Below are positions 16,715 through 24,507 of a DNA stretch of 31,147 nucleotides, piece by piece. The DNA comes from Haloferacaceae archaeon (GTDB lineage: Archaea > Halobacteriota > Halobacteria > Halobacteriales > Haloferacaceae), in NCBI GenBank assembly GCA_042217455.1, contig JBDGSQ010000137.1, positions 1 to 31,147 on the forward strand. Reading direction: 5' to 3'. The notes beneath the pieces were generated by a model that saw nothing but the letters and a program-made list of their open reading frames with translations, was not told the origin of the DNA and made no database searches. Positions within the stretch are counted from its first letter, which is position 1; the number at the start of each line of letters is the position of its first letter. The position numbers and the translations under genes are program-made.

Positions 16715-17977
16715 TCAGGCGGCGTCGGGCGACGGCGGCCGCAGGACGAGCGCGCTCACGGCGGCGACGAGGGCGAGCGCGCCGCCGACGAGGAACGTCG
16801 TCGTCCAGCTCGTCTGGGTAACGAGCCACCCGGCGATCGCGCCGCCGAAGATGCCGCCCCACATCTTGCCCGAGTAGAGGAGCGCGTAGTTCGCAGAGGA
16901 GTGCTGTCGGCCGTAGTAGTCGCCGACGACGCTCGGGAACAGGGTGTACTGCGGGCTCCAGAAGAAGGTGGCGACGAAGACGGCGGCGATGAAGAGGTAG
17001 CTCCGGCCCCACTGTGCGAACAGGACCACGAACAGGAGGCCGACGCCGCAGAGGAAAAACGACACCGCCATGGCGCGCTCTCGTTTCACCCGGTCCGAGA
17101 CGTCGCCCATGACGAGGCGGCCGACGCCGCCGGCGACTGGGAGCAGCGTCGCCGACAGGGTGGCGATGAGTTCCGCGAGGCCGAGGTTCTGGGCGAACGA
17201 GACCACCTTCGCGGTGAGCATGAGGCCCGCGCCGCTCATCGCGATGAACATCACGTACATGAGCCAGAACTGCCACGTGCCGAGCATCTCGCGCCACGTG
17301 AACTGCTTGCGACTGTCGGCGCTCCCGCCGTCCGCCTCCGCGTCGTCCTCGCTCGCGTCGTCGTCGAGCCAGTTCGTCGGCGGGTCCCGGAGGACGAGCG
17401 CGCCGACGAGGATGCCGGCGCCGATGAGCAGCCCCATGTTCGTGAGGACCACCGGGTAGCCCGACACCGTCGCGTTCGCCCTGACGTACGGGACGACGAG
17501 GGCGCTCCCGCCGGCGAAGGCCATCGTCCCGACGCCGGTGGTCAGCCCCCGACGGTCGGGGAACCACTTCAGCGCGGTGTTCACCGCCACGGTGTAGACG
17601 ATTCCGACGCCGATGGCCCCGAGCGAGTAGAGGAGGTACAGCTGCCACACCTCCGTCGCGTACGCGATGCCGATGTATCCGCCGCCGGCGAGGACGCCCG
17701 CGAGGAGCGTGAGTTCGCGCGGGCCGCGCCGGTCGCGCCACCACCCGACGGGGAACTGCGACCCGGACTGGAAGATGACGAAGAGGGTGAACACCAGCCC
17801 GAGCGCCGGCAGCGAGATGCCGAGGCTCTCCGCGAGCGGTCCCTCTATCGAGGACCAGACGTACTGGTAGGGGCTCACGAGACCCATCATCACCGCCGCC
17901 GCGACGACCTGCCACCAGCGCGAGAAGCCGAGTTGCTCTCTGGCCCGTGCCGCGTAGTCGACGTCGCCCGCCGTCAT
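16715..17977 (-). CDS. MFS transporter, oxalate/formate antiporter (OFA/OxlT-like) family
   Basis: 12 TM pattern with motifs YQYVWSSI, GWWRDRRGPR, NTALKWFPDRRGLTTG, FAGGSA, GRLVMGDVSDR and FPSVVGDYYG...ANYALLY. Confidence 0.88.
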   Translation of the reverse strand: MTAGDVDYAARAREQLGFSRWWQVVAAAVMMGLVSPYQYVWSSIEGPLAESLGISLPALGLVFTLFVIFQSGSQFPVGWWRDRRGPRELTLLAGVLAGGGYIGIAYATEVWQLYLLYSLGAIGVGIVYTVAVNTALKWFPDRRGLTTGVGTMAFAGGSALVVPYVRANATVSGYPVVLTNMGLLIGAGILVGALVLRDPPTNWLDDDASEDDAEADGGSADSRKQFTWREMLGTWQFWLMYVMFIAMSGAGLMLTAKVVSFAQNLGLAELIATLSATLLPVAGGVGRLVMGDVSDRVKRERAMAVSFFLCGVGLLFVVLFAQWGRSYLFIAAVFVATFFWSPQYTLFPSVVGDYYGRQHSSANYALLYSGKMWGGIFGGAIAGWLVTQTSWTTTFLVGGALALVAAVSALVLRPPSPDAA

Positions 17978-18153
17978 CGTCTCACCGACCTCTCGACCGA
18001 CGGTGTCTGTCCGGGGGGTGCCATCATACCATGGTTCTGCGTGACGCCGGGCAAAAACGTGTCTATCTAGGCGTTCGAGCCGAGCGCGTGTGACGCGGGG
18101 CGTTCACCGCGAGACGCGACGGCCAGCGCGCGCCGAACAGGCGGTCTCCGTCC

Positions 18154-18618
18154 TCACTCCTCGACGACGACCGTCCCCTTCATCCCGCTCATCTCGTGGG
18201 GGACGCAGAAGTACTCGTACGTGCCGGCGGTCTCGAAGGTGTGCTCGTAGGACTCGCCGCCGGGAACGTCCCCGTCCGGATAGCCGTTCCGCGCCGCGTC
18301 CTCGGAGTCGAAGCCGCCGCTCGCGAAGTAGGCCGCGCCGTCGGGTATCTTCTCGCCGTAGGCCGTCACCGTGTGGCCGAGCGACCCCACGTTCTCCCAC
18401 GTGACGGTGTCGCCGACGGAGACGGTGAGGCTCGCCGGGACGAACTTCAGGTTGTCGTTCATCTCCACCGTCGTTCCGCTCCCGCCTCCGCCGCCGGCGG
18501 TCGTCTCTCCACCGTCACCGCCGCCGCCGGAGCAACCGGCGAGCGAACCGAGGCCGGCGACCGAGCCCGCAGTCCCGAGACGCTTCAACACCTGCCGCCT
18601 GTCGTAGGTACGTGTCAT
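18154..18618 (-). CDS. Halocyanin-like blue copper protein (plastocyanin/azurin family), Tat lipoprotein
   Basis: Tat DRRQVLK with lipobox LAGC and a Gly-rich linker. Type-1 copper ligands His (GHTVT) and C-x-x-H-x4-M (YFCVPHEMSGM). Confidence 0.92.
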   Translation of the reverse strand: MTRTYDRRQVLKRLGTAGSVAGLGSLAGCSGGGGDGGETTAGGGGGSGTTVEMNDNLKFVPASLTVSVGDTVTWENVGSLGHTVTAYGEKIPDGAAYFASGGFDSEDAARNGYPDGDVPGGESYEHTFETAGTYEYFCVPHEMSGMKGTVVVEE

Positions 18619-18747
18619 AGTGGGGTGTCCGACTGCGCCGCGTCACCGCCACGTTCGGACCGTCGGCGGAAAGTGCCTGTCGGTTCTCCCGTCGCCCGGA
18701 GGGTGATTCGCAAACCGTGCGCCGATTCGCGCCGGCGTCGCGTCGCT

Positions 18748-18887
18748 CACCGGTCGGGCGGCGAGGCGTTCACGGTACGGGCCGCTCGTCCACCGGTCGG
18801 GCGGAGTGGCGTTCTCGATTCGAGACACTCGTCCACCGGTCGGGCGGCGAGGCGTTCTCGATTCGAGACACTCGTTCACCGGTCGGG
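18748..18887. repeat. 43-bp tandem repeat (3 full copies plus a partial copy) overlapping the stop of the MFS gene
   Basis: CACCGGTCGGG recurs at 18748, 18791, 18834 and 18877 (exact 43-bp period). Copies 2 and 3 differ at only a few positions and contain the inverted repeat TCTCGA-T-TCGAGA. Confidence 0.9.
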
Positions 18888-20171
18888 TGCGGATTCGCCC
18901 CTTCCGGTGTCGACCCGCTCGGTTCCGGGGTCGTAGTCCCCGAAGTCGGGGTGCGTCTCGCGCATCCAGACGAGCGTCACGGCCCCGGAGACGAACATCG
19001 CGACCGCGACTGCGTAGAACGCCGCCTCGATGGCGACGGCGTCGGCGACGACGCCGACGACGATGGCCCCGAAGCCGTAGCCCGCGTCGCGCCACATCCG
19101 GTAGACCCCGAGGCCGGTCGCCCGCCACCGGGGGTGAGCGGCGTCGCCGACGACGGTGATGAGGTTCGGGTAGAGCAGCGCCATCCCGACGCCGGTGGCG
19201 CCCGCGGCGACGATCCACGGCACGTAGCCGGAGACGAGAGCGGTCACGAGGACGCCCGCACCGGCGAGGAACATCCCGGCGACGACCGGCGGCCGCCGCC
19301 CCACGTCGTCTGCGAGTTTCCCGGTGTAGAGCTGCAGGACGCCCCAGACGCCCCCGTACGCGCCGACGACGACGCCGACCTGCGCCACCGACAGCCCCTG
19401 ACTCGTGAGATACAGCGGGTACGCGATCCAGACGAGGGCGTCGACGAACTTCTCGACGCTCCCGGCCTGCGACGCCGCGAACAGGGTCCGGTCGCCCCAC
19501 GTCGCCCGCCGGACCACCGCCGCGAAGGGGAGGTCCGCGTCCCCGTCGTCGCCCTCCTCGTCGGCCTCGGCCTGCGCGTACGGGAGCGTCTCTTCGACGA
19601 GGAGGACGGCCGCGAGCAGCGCGAGAACGACGACGCCCGCGAGGAAGTAGAACGGTTCGGGGCGGAGGCCGTAGCGCGCGGCGACGACGCCGGTCACCCA
19701 CGCGCCGACGGCGACGCCGCCGTACCCGAACGCCTCGTCGAGGCCAACGGCGAGGCCGCGGGCGTCGCTCCCGGCGAGGTCTATCTTCGCGTTGACGCTC
19801 ATGCTCCACGCGAGGCCCTGATTGACCCCGAGCAGGACGTTGCCGAGGGTGATCCACCACCAGTTCGGCGCGTAGACCAGCACGACCGGGATGGGGAGCG
19901 CGACGACCCACCCGGCTATCAGCACGGGCTTGCGGCCGTAGCTCTCGGCCCACTTGCCGCCGTAGAGATTCATCAGCGCCTTCACGAACCCGAAGCTCAC
20001 GACGAACGAACCGATGACCAGCACCGACTGGACGCCGAGCAGGTCCCGCCCGATGACCGGGACGACGTTGCGCTCTGTGCCGATGGTCAGGCCGACGGCG
20101 AACACCGTGAGCAACTGGAGTGCGAACTGCGGGGCGTTCTCGCGGATTCCCTGCCGGTACGCCCCCGTCAT
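18876..20171 (-). CDS. MFS transporter (12 TM)
   Basis: Start placed at ATG 20171 (MTGAYRQGIRENAPQF...). MFS motif-A-like GKWAESYGRKPV and GKLADDVGRRP, plus LLYPNL and GVYRMWRDAGYGFG. Confidence 0.88.
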   Translation of the reverse strand: MTGAYRQGIRENAPQFALQLLTVFAVGLTIGTERNVVPVIGRDLLGVQSVLVIGSFVVSFGFVKALMNLYGGKWAESYGRKPVLIAGWVVALPIPVVLVYAPNWWWITLGNVLLGVNQGLAWSMSVNAKIDLAGSDARGLAVGLDEAFGYGGVAVGAWVTGVVAARYGLRPEPFYFLAGVVVLALLAAVLLVEETLPYAQAEADEEGDDGDADLPFAAVVRRATWGDRTLFAASQAGSVEKFVDALVWIAYPLYLTSQGLSVAQVGVVVGAYGGVWGVLQLYTGKLADDVGRRPPVVAGMFLAGAGVLVTALVSGYVPWIVAAGATGVGMALLYPNLITVVGDAAHPRWRATGLGVYRMWRDAGYGFGAIVVGVVADAVAIEAAFYAVAVAMFVSGAVTLVWMRETHPDFGDYDPGTERVDTGRGESAPDR

Positions 20172-20382
20172 GGGCGCACCCGTGCGTTCCCGCGACCCAC
20201 ACGCGCTGCGCACTCACACCTGTCTGTCCCGCGCGCGACGCGCTCACATCGTTTCGTCTGCTCCCGACTCGCGTGTCCGAATCGACCCTGCATGCGCTCG
20301 TCGGAGATACGTGCGGGTCCCCCCATCTACGTGTCGCCGGTCATAACCGGGAGTACTTGAGTCCCCGCACCGAACCACGGCC

Positions 20383-21102
20383 ATGGCGCTCTACGAAGCG
20401 ACCTTCCGCGTCCGCCACGAGTGTCCCTACCGAGAAATCTCCGAACGGCACCCGGACCTCACCATCCGCGAGTGGTTCATGCGCGACTGTCAGGTCCTCG
20501 AACTCGTCGCCGACGCCCCGACCGAGACGCTCCGGGAGGACCTCCGGACGCTCGGCACGGTCCTCCACGAGTCCGCCACCGACGACGGTCTCCACGCAGT
20601 GATGCGGTCCTGTCGCTGCTCGCTCGACGACTCGATAGTGGCCCGATTCGAGACCCACGACTGCCTCTACCAGCCCCCGACCGTCTACCGGCGCGGGTGG
20701 GAACACTACACCGTCGTCGCGTTCGAGGAGGCGGACGTGCGCGCGCTCCTGCGCGATCTGGACGACGAGCGCGACGTCGAGGTGACCGCGAAGACGACCA
20801 TCGAGGAACGGCCGGTCGGCGAGAACCTCCTGACGCCCGCAGAGCGACTGTTCGACGGGCTGACCGACCGACAGGTTGCGGCGCTCCGGCTCGCCCTCGA
20901 CAACGGGTACTACGAGCAGCCGCGCGGGGCCTCGGTGGCGACGCTCGCAGAGCGGACCGACGTGGCGCGCTCGACGTTCGAGGAACATCTCCGGAAGGCG
21001 GAGAACAAACTCCTCACGAACGCCGGGCAGTTCGTCCGTCCGCTGACGGCCTCGCGCGGGACCGACCCGCTGGTTGAGCGGTCGCCTCCGGCGGACGACT
21101 GA
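20383..21102 (+). CDS. Bacterio-opsin-activator-type transcriptional regulator (HTH-10 C-terminal domain)
   Basis: C-terminal LTDRQVAALRLALDNGYYEQPRGASVATLAERTDVARSTFEEHLRKAENKL is the haloarchaeal HTH_10 signature. The Cys/His-containing N-terminal domain is a probable sensor. Confidence 0.9.
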   Translation: MALYEATFRVRHECPYREISERHPDLTIREWFMRDCQVLELVADAPTETLREDLRTLGTVLHESATDDGLHAVMRSCRCSLDDSIVARFETHDCLYQPPTVYRRGWEHYTVVAFEEADVRALLRDLDDERDVEVTAKTTIEERPVGENLLTPAERLFDGLTDRQVAALRLALDNGYYEQPRGASVATLAERTDVARSTFEEHLRKAENKLLTNAGQFVRPLTASRGTDPLVERSPPADD

Positions 21103-21164
21103 CTGGTTGAGCGGTCGCCTCCGGCGGACGACTGACTGGCCGAGCGGTCGCAGTCAGACGGCTG
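21070..21164 (+). repeat. 33-bp tandem repeat duplicating the last 10 codons and stop of the HTH-10 gene
   Basis: CTGGTTGAGCGGTCGCCTCCGGCGGACGACTGA is exact at 21070-21102 and 21103-21135. A degenerate third copy starts at 21136. Confidence 0.92.
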
Positions 21165-21196
21165 CCGCGACCCCAATCGCGCGTCCCCGCGACCCC

Positions 21197-21901
21197 CTAC
21201 TCGTCGAGGTTGGCGGGTTCGAGTTCGTCGCCCGTCCGCACGACGGGGAGCGTCGGCGTCCCGTCGCGGAGCTGCGGGCGGATCCAGTCGTGGGTCCGGA
21301 CTGTCCCCTCCGTGACCGGGTCGCCCTCCTCGTCGACGACGCGGATGCCGTCCCCGCGGAGGCGACTGACGCCGACCGTCTCCCCGTACTCCCGGATGTC
21401 GCCGTAGGCGACGAAGCGGCCGTCCTCGCCGGCGGCGGTCAGTCCCACCGACCCCAGCGCGCCGATGACGCCGTCGCCGGTGCCGCCGTACTCGTCGAGA
21501 AACAGGCCCGCCTCCTCGGCCACCTCGTAGGCGTCCTCCTTCGTCACGACCTCCTCCTGGGCCCGGCGGCCGAAGGCCGTGACCTCCTCGGTGACGGCCG
21601 CGACGGCCGCGACGCAGAGGCCGGGGTCCGCGACGTCCGCCATCACGTCCCGGAGGAACGCGCCGGCGTCTTCGACGATAGCGTCGACCGGCGGCACCTC
21701 GGCGTCGAAGCGGAGACACGCCGCGCTGTTGTGTGTCGTGTAGGGGACCCGCGGGTCGACGAGGAACTGCTGGCGGACGCTCCCGACCCACGTGAGGTCG
21801 TAGTCGCGTTCCAGTCTGGCACCGAGCTCTCTGCTCACCCGGCCGGTTCCGTGGTCGCTGTCGACGGCGTCCGTGTCGTCGATTCCGACGAGAAGTCTCA
21901 T
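21197..21901 (-). CDS. TiaS-like protein: isolated N-terminal kinase domain (GIDDTD) without the agmatine/tRNA-binding domains; function unknown
   Basis: 234 aa from ATG 21901. Motifs MRLLVGIDDTD, DPRVPYTTHNSAA, DPGLC and GTGDGVIGALGSVG align by eye with the TiaS motifs GIDDTD, NPxIPYKTRGNGA, NPG and GRGLIGALAAVG. Too short to hold the OB-fold and Zn ribbon, and has no CxxC pairs. Confidence 0.8.
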   Translation of the reverse strand: MRLLVGIDDTDAVDSDHGTGRVSRELGARLERDYDLTWVGSVRQQFLVDPRVPYTTHNSAACLRFDAEVPPVDAIVEDAGAFLRDVMADVADPGLCVAAVAAVTEEVTAFGRRAQEEVVTKEDAYEVAEEAGLFLDEYGGTGDGVIGALGSVGLTAAGEDGRFVAYGDIREYGETVGVSRLRGDGIRVVDEEGDPVTEGTVRTHDWIRPQLRDGTPTLPVVRTGDELEPANLDE

Positions 21902-21923
21902 CGCTCCACGTCCCTGTCGAATC

Positions 21924-21931
21924 ACTTTAGT
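21924..21931. promoter_or_regulatory. Candidate shared bidirectional TATA element (ACTTTAGT / ACTAAAGT)
   Basis: Main AT-rich, near-palindromic stretch in the 54-bp gap. It lies about 23 bp from ATG 21901 (-) and about 25 bp from ATG 21956 (+). Confidence 0.5.
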
Positions 21932-21955
21932 CGTTGTGGGTCGCTCGTTGTATCC

Positions 21956-23266
21956 ATGACGAGACAACGCTCGCGGCGGCGGTTCCTCGGCGGAATCGGC
22001 CTGCTCGCACTCGGGAGCGTGACGGGGCTCGCAGGCTGTACGTCCCAGTCGGCGTCCCCGGGCGACGGTGGCGACACGACCGACGCGGAGACGACGACCC
22101 GTACCGCCACCGACGCGACGACCACCACGGCGTCGGGGGCGGGTGCGTCTGCCGGTCGGTCCGTGACGGACGCCGCGGGGAGGACGGTGACGGTGCCCGC
22201 GGACGTCGAGCGCGTCGTCGCGCTCGGGTCCGGAGGCCTCCGGTTCGTCACCTACGCCGGCGGCGTCGACCGGGTCGTCGGCGTCGAACAGCTGGAGACC
22301 TCGAACGCCGACCGACCGTACCGACCCTACACGCTCGCCAACCAGGGGCTGACGGGGCTCCCGACGGTCGGCACGCGGAAGGAACCGGACCGGGAGCGCG
22401 TCCTCCAGACCGACCCGGACGTCGTCGTCTACGCCTACGCGAGCGAGTCGGCGGCGAACGAGATGCAGGACAAGCTCGGCGTCCCGGTGGTCACCATCCG
22501 ACCGGGCGGGCTGACGCCGGAGCTCCGCAGCTCGTTCTTCGACTCGCTCGACCTCCTCGGCACCGTCCTCGGGACGACAGACCGGGTCGAGCGCCTCCGC
22601 GCCGACGTCGAGGACGTCCTCGCCGACCTCGCCGACCGGCGCGGACGTGTCGAGACGAAATCCGATGCGTACGTCGGTTACCTCGGCCGCGGGAAGCACG
22701 GCCTCACGTTCACACAGCCGAGTTACGTGCCGTTCGCCCTCGGCGGCGTGGCGAACGTCGCCGCCGGGGCGAGTGGCAGTGGTGGCGGTGGCGGTAGCGG
22801 CGGAGGCGATGGAAGCGGTGGCGGTAGCGGCGGAGGCGATGGAAGCGGTGGCGGTAGCGGCGGAGGCGATGGAAGCGGTGGCGGCGGTGGAGGTGGTGGC
22901 GACGGCGGCCGCAAGGGCGCGACCAGAATCACTATCGACCCCGAGACGCTCCTCAAGTGGGACCCGGAGGTGCTCTTCGTGGACCTCGGGACCGAGTCCT
23001 ACGACGCCCTCGACGCGCCGGAGTACCAGGACGTCACGGCCATCGCGAACGGCGACGTCTACGCGGTCCTGCCGACGCGCGACTACGGGACGAACTTCGG
23101 GACGGTCCTCGCAGACGCCTACGCCGTCGGCGCGGCGGCGAACCCCGACGTCTACGACGTCGACCCGGTCGCGAAGGCGAACGAACTCTACGAGACGTTC
23201 GTCGGCGAGGGCGTCTACGAGGGCGTCGCCGACGCCTACGGGGACGGATTCGGTCGGATGGAGTGA
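21956..23266 (+). CDS. ABC transporter substrate-binding lipoprotein, BtuF/FecB/HemV-like (metal-chelate/cofactor), Tat-exported
   Basis: Tat SRRRFL with lipobox LAGC and a Thr-rich linker. Motifs VTDAAGRTVTVPADVERVVALG, RVVGVE, LPTVG, ERVLQTDPDVV and IDPETLLKWDPEVLFVD. Confidence 0.92.
   Translation: MTRQRSRRRFLGGIGLLALGSVTGLAGCTSQSASPGDGGDTTDAETTTRTATDATTTTASGAGASAGRSVTDAAGRTVTVPADVERVVALGSGGLRFVTYAGGVDRVVGVEQLETSNADRPYRPYTLANQGLTGLPTVGTRKEPDRERVLQTDPDVVVYAYASESAANEMQDKLGVPVVTIRPGGLTPELRSSFFDSLDLLGTVLGTTDRVERLRADVEDVLADLADRRGRVETKSDAYVGYLGRGKHGLTFTQPSYVPFALGGVANVAAGASGSGGGGGSGGGDGSGGGSGGGDGSGGGSGGGDGSGGGGGGGGDGGRKGATRITIDPETLLKWDPEVLFVDLGTESYDALDAPEYQDVTAIANGDVYAVLPTRDYGTNFGTVLADAYAVGAAANPDVYDVDPVAKANELYETFVGEGVYEGVADAYGDGFGRME
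22787..22876 (+). repeat. 30-bp in-frame tandem repeat x3 encoding (GGGSGGGDGS)3 inside the binding protein
   Basis: GGTGGCGGTAGCGGCGGAGGCGATGGAAGC is exact at 22787, 22817 and 22847, flanked by further Gly codons. Confidence 0.95.
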
Positions 23267-24411
23267 CCGTGTTCGACGGCGACGCGTCGGAGCGAAACGC
23301 GGGCGCGAACTCCACCGCGAAGATGTCGTACGCGGTCGAGTCGGACGCGACCGGAGACGAGGCGGCGGACCCGGTGGCGGCCTACGAGCGCCGCGTCCGC
23401 GGTAAACTCGCCGTCTTCGGCGGGCTCGTCGTCCTCCTGCTGGCGCTCGTCGGGTACGCCCTGCTCTCCGGGCCGATAACCGTCCCCGTGCGGGTGCTCC
23501 CGTCGGTCCTCCTCGGGCAGCGGGGCGGCACCGCCGCGCGGGTGGTCTGGAACATCAGGCTCCCGCGAATCGTCGCGGCGCTCGGCGCGGGGTTCGGTCT
23601 CGCCGTCGCCGGCGCCGTCCTCCAGAGCCTCCTGCGGAACCCGCTGGCCTCCCCCTACACGCTCGGTATCTCGCAGGCGGCCGCCTTCGGCGCGGCCGTC
23701 GCCATCGTCGTTCTCGGTGCGGGGTCCTCCGCGACCGCCTCGGCGCTGGACTGGGTGCCGTATCTGACGACGGCGTTCGCCTTCGGGGCTGCGCTGCTCT
23801 CGACGTTCGCGATTCTGCTCGTCGCCAGGCTCCGGCGGGCGACCCCCGAGACGCTGGTCCTGACCGGCATCGCGCTGGGGGCGTTCTTCACCGCCGGCAC
23901 CTCGGCGCTCGAGTACTTCGCCACGAACGTGCAGCTGGCGGCGCTCATCGCGTGGAAGTTCGGGAGCATCTCCGGAGCGACGTGGGGCGGAAACGCGGCG
24001 CTCTGGGCCACCGGCGTGGTCGCCGGCGGCTACTTCCTCCGGAACGCGTGGTCCTACGAGGTGCTCGACGCCGGCGACGACACCGCCCGGTCGCTCGGCG
24101 TGCGCGTCACCCGGGTGCGACTCGGCGGCATGATCGTCGCCTCGCTGGTGACGGCGGTCGTCGTCTCGCTGTTCGGCGTCATCGGCTTCGTCGGCCTCGT
24201 GGTCCCGCACATCGTCCGGCGGGTCATCGGCGGCGACGAGCGGTTCCTCGTCGCCACGTCGAGCGTCGCCGGCGGCGCACTCCTGCTCGCCTCGGACCTC
24301 GTCGCCCGGTCGGTGCTCGCGCCGGTCGTCCTCCCGGTCGGCATCGTCACCGCTTTCGTCGGTGTGCCGCTGTTTCTCTACCTCCTCGTCAACGGGAGGG
24401 AGTACTGGTGA
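23263..24411 (+). CDS. ABC transporter permease, FecCD/BtuC family
   Basis: Motifs VWNIRLPRIVAALGAG, LQSLLRNPLASPYTLGISQAAAFGA, ARSLGV, GVIGFVGLVVPHIVRR and PVGIVTAFVGVPLFLYLL. GTG 23263 overlaps the binding-protein stop (GTGA); ATG 23323 is an alternative start. Confidence 0.93.
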   Translation: MTVFDGDASERNAGANSTAKMSYAVESDATGDEAADPVAAYERRVRGKLAVFGGLVVLLLALVGYALLSGPITVPVRVLPSVLLGQRGGTAARVVWNIRLPRIVAALGAGFGLAVAGAVLQSLLRNPLASPYTLGISQAAAFGAAVAIVVLGAGSSATASALDWVPYLTTAFAFGAALLSTFAILLVARLRRATPETLVLTGIALGAFFTAGTSALEYFATNVQLAALIAWKFGSISGATWGGNAALWATGVVAGGYFLRNAWSYEVLDAGDDTARSLGVRVTRVRLGGMIVASLVTAVVVSLFGVIGFVGLVVPHIVRRVIGGDERFLVATSSVAGGALLLASDLVARSVLAPVVLPVGIVTAFVGVPLFLYLLVNGREYW

Positions 24412-24450
24412 CCGTCGTCTCCGGGAGCGTCCCGGCGATAGTCGCCGGGG

Positions 24451-24507
24451 GGAGGGGTCCGCCGGTGATTCGCCTCGACAGGAGGGAGTGCCGGTGATTC
24501 GCCTCGA
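24451..24507 (+). repeat. 29-bp-period direct repeat duplicating the ribosome-binding site and start of the ABC ATPase
   Basis: GCCGGTGATTCGCCTCGA occurs at 24461-24478 and 24490-24507, each preceded by GGAGGG. Confidence 0.85.

Noticed and set aside
18748-18887. CRISPR array or mini-array (periodic 43-bp units with an internal palindrome)
   Set aside because: The would-be spacers are near-identical between units, the period is too short for repeat plus spacer, there are no cas genes or AT-rich leader, and the last unit is part of the MFS coding end.
21197-21901. Calling this gene the housekeeping tiaS
   Set aside because: It is roughly half the length of TiaS, lacks the Zn-ribbon cysteines and the C-terminal domains, and has TTHN instead of TRGN.
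21902-22699. Long N-terminal extensions given by the ORF track (TiaS-like 22699; also 1930, 4831, 5925, 10056, 20213, 21074, 22957, 24362, 27282, 29290)
   Set aside because: The extensions overlap neighbouring genes or promoters and have shadow-frame composition. Downstream starts match family N-termini and TATA spacing.
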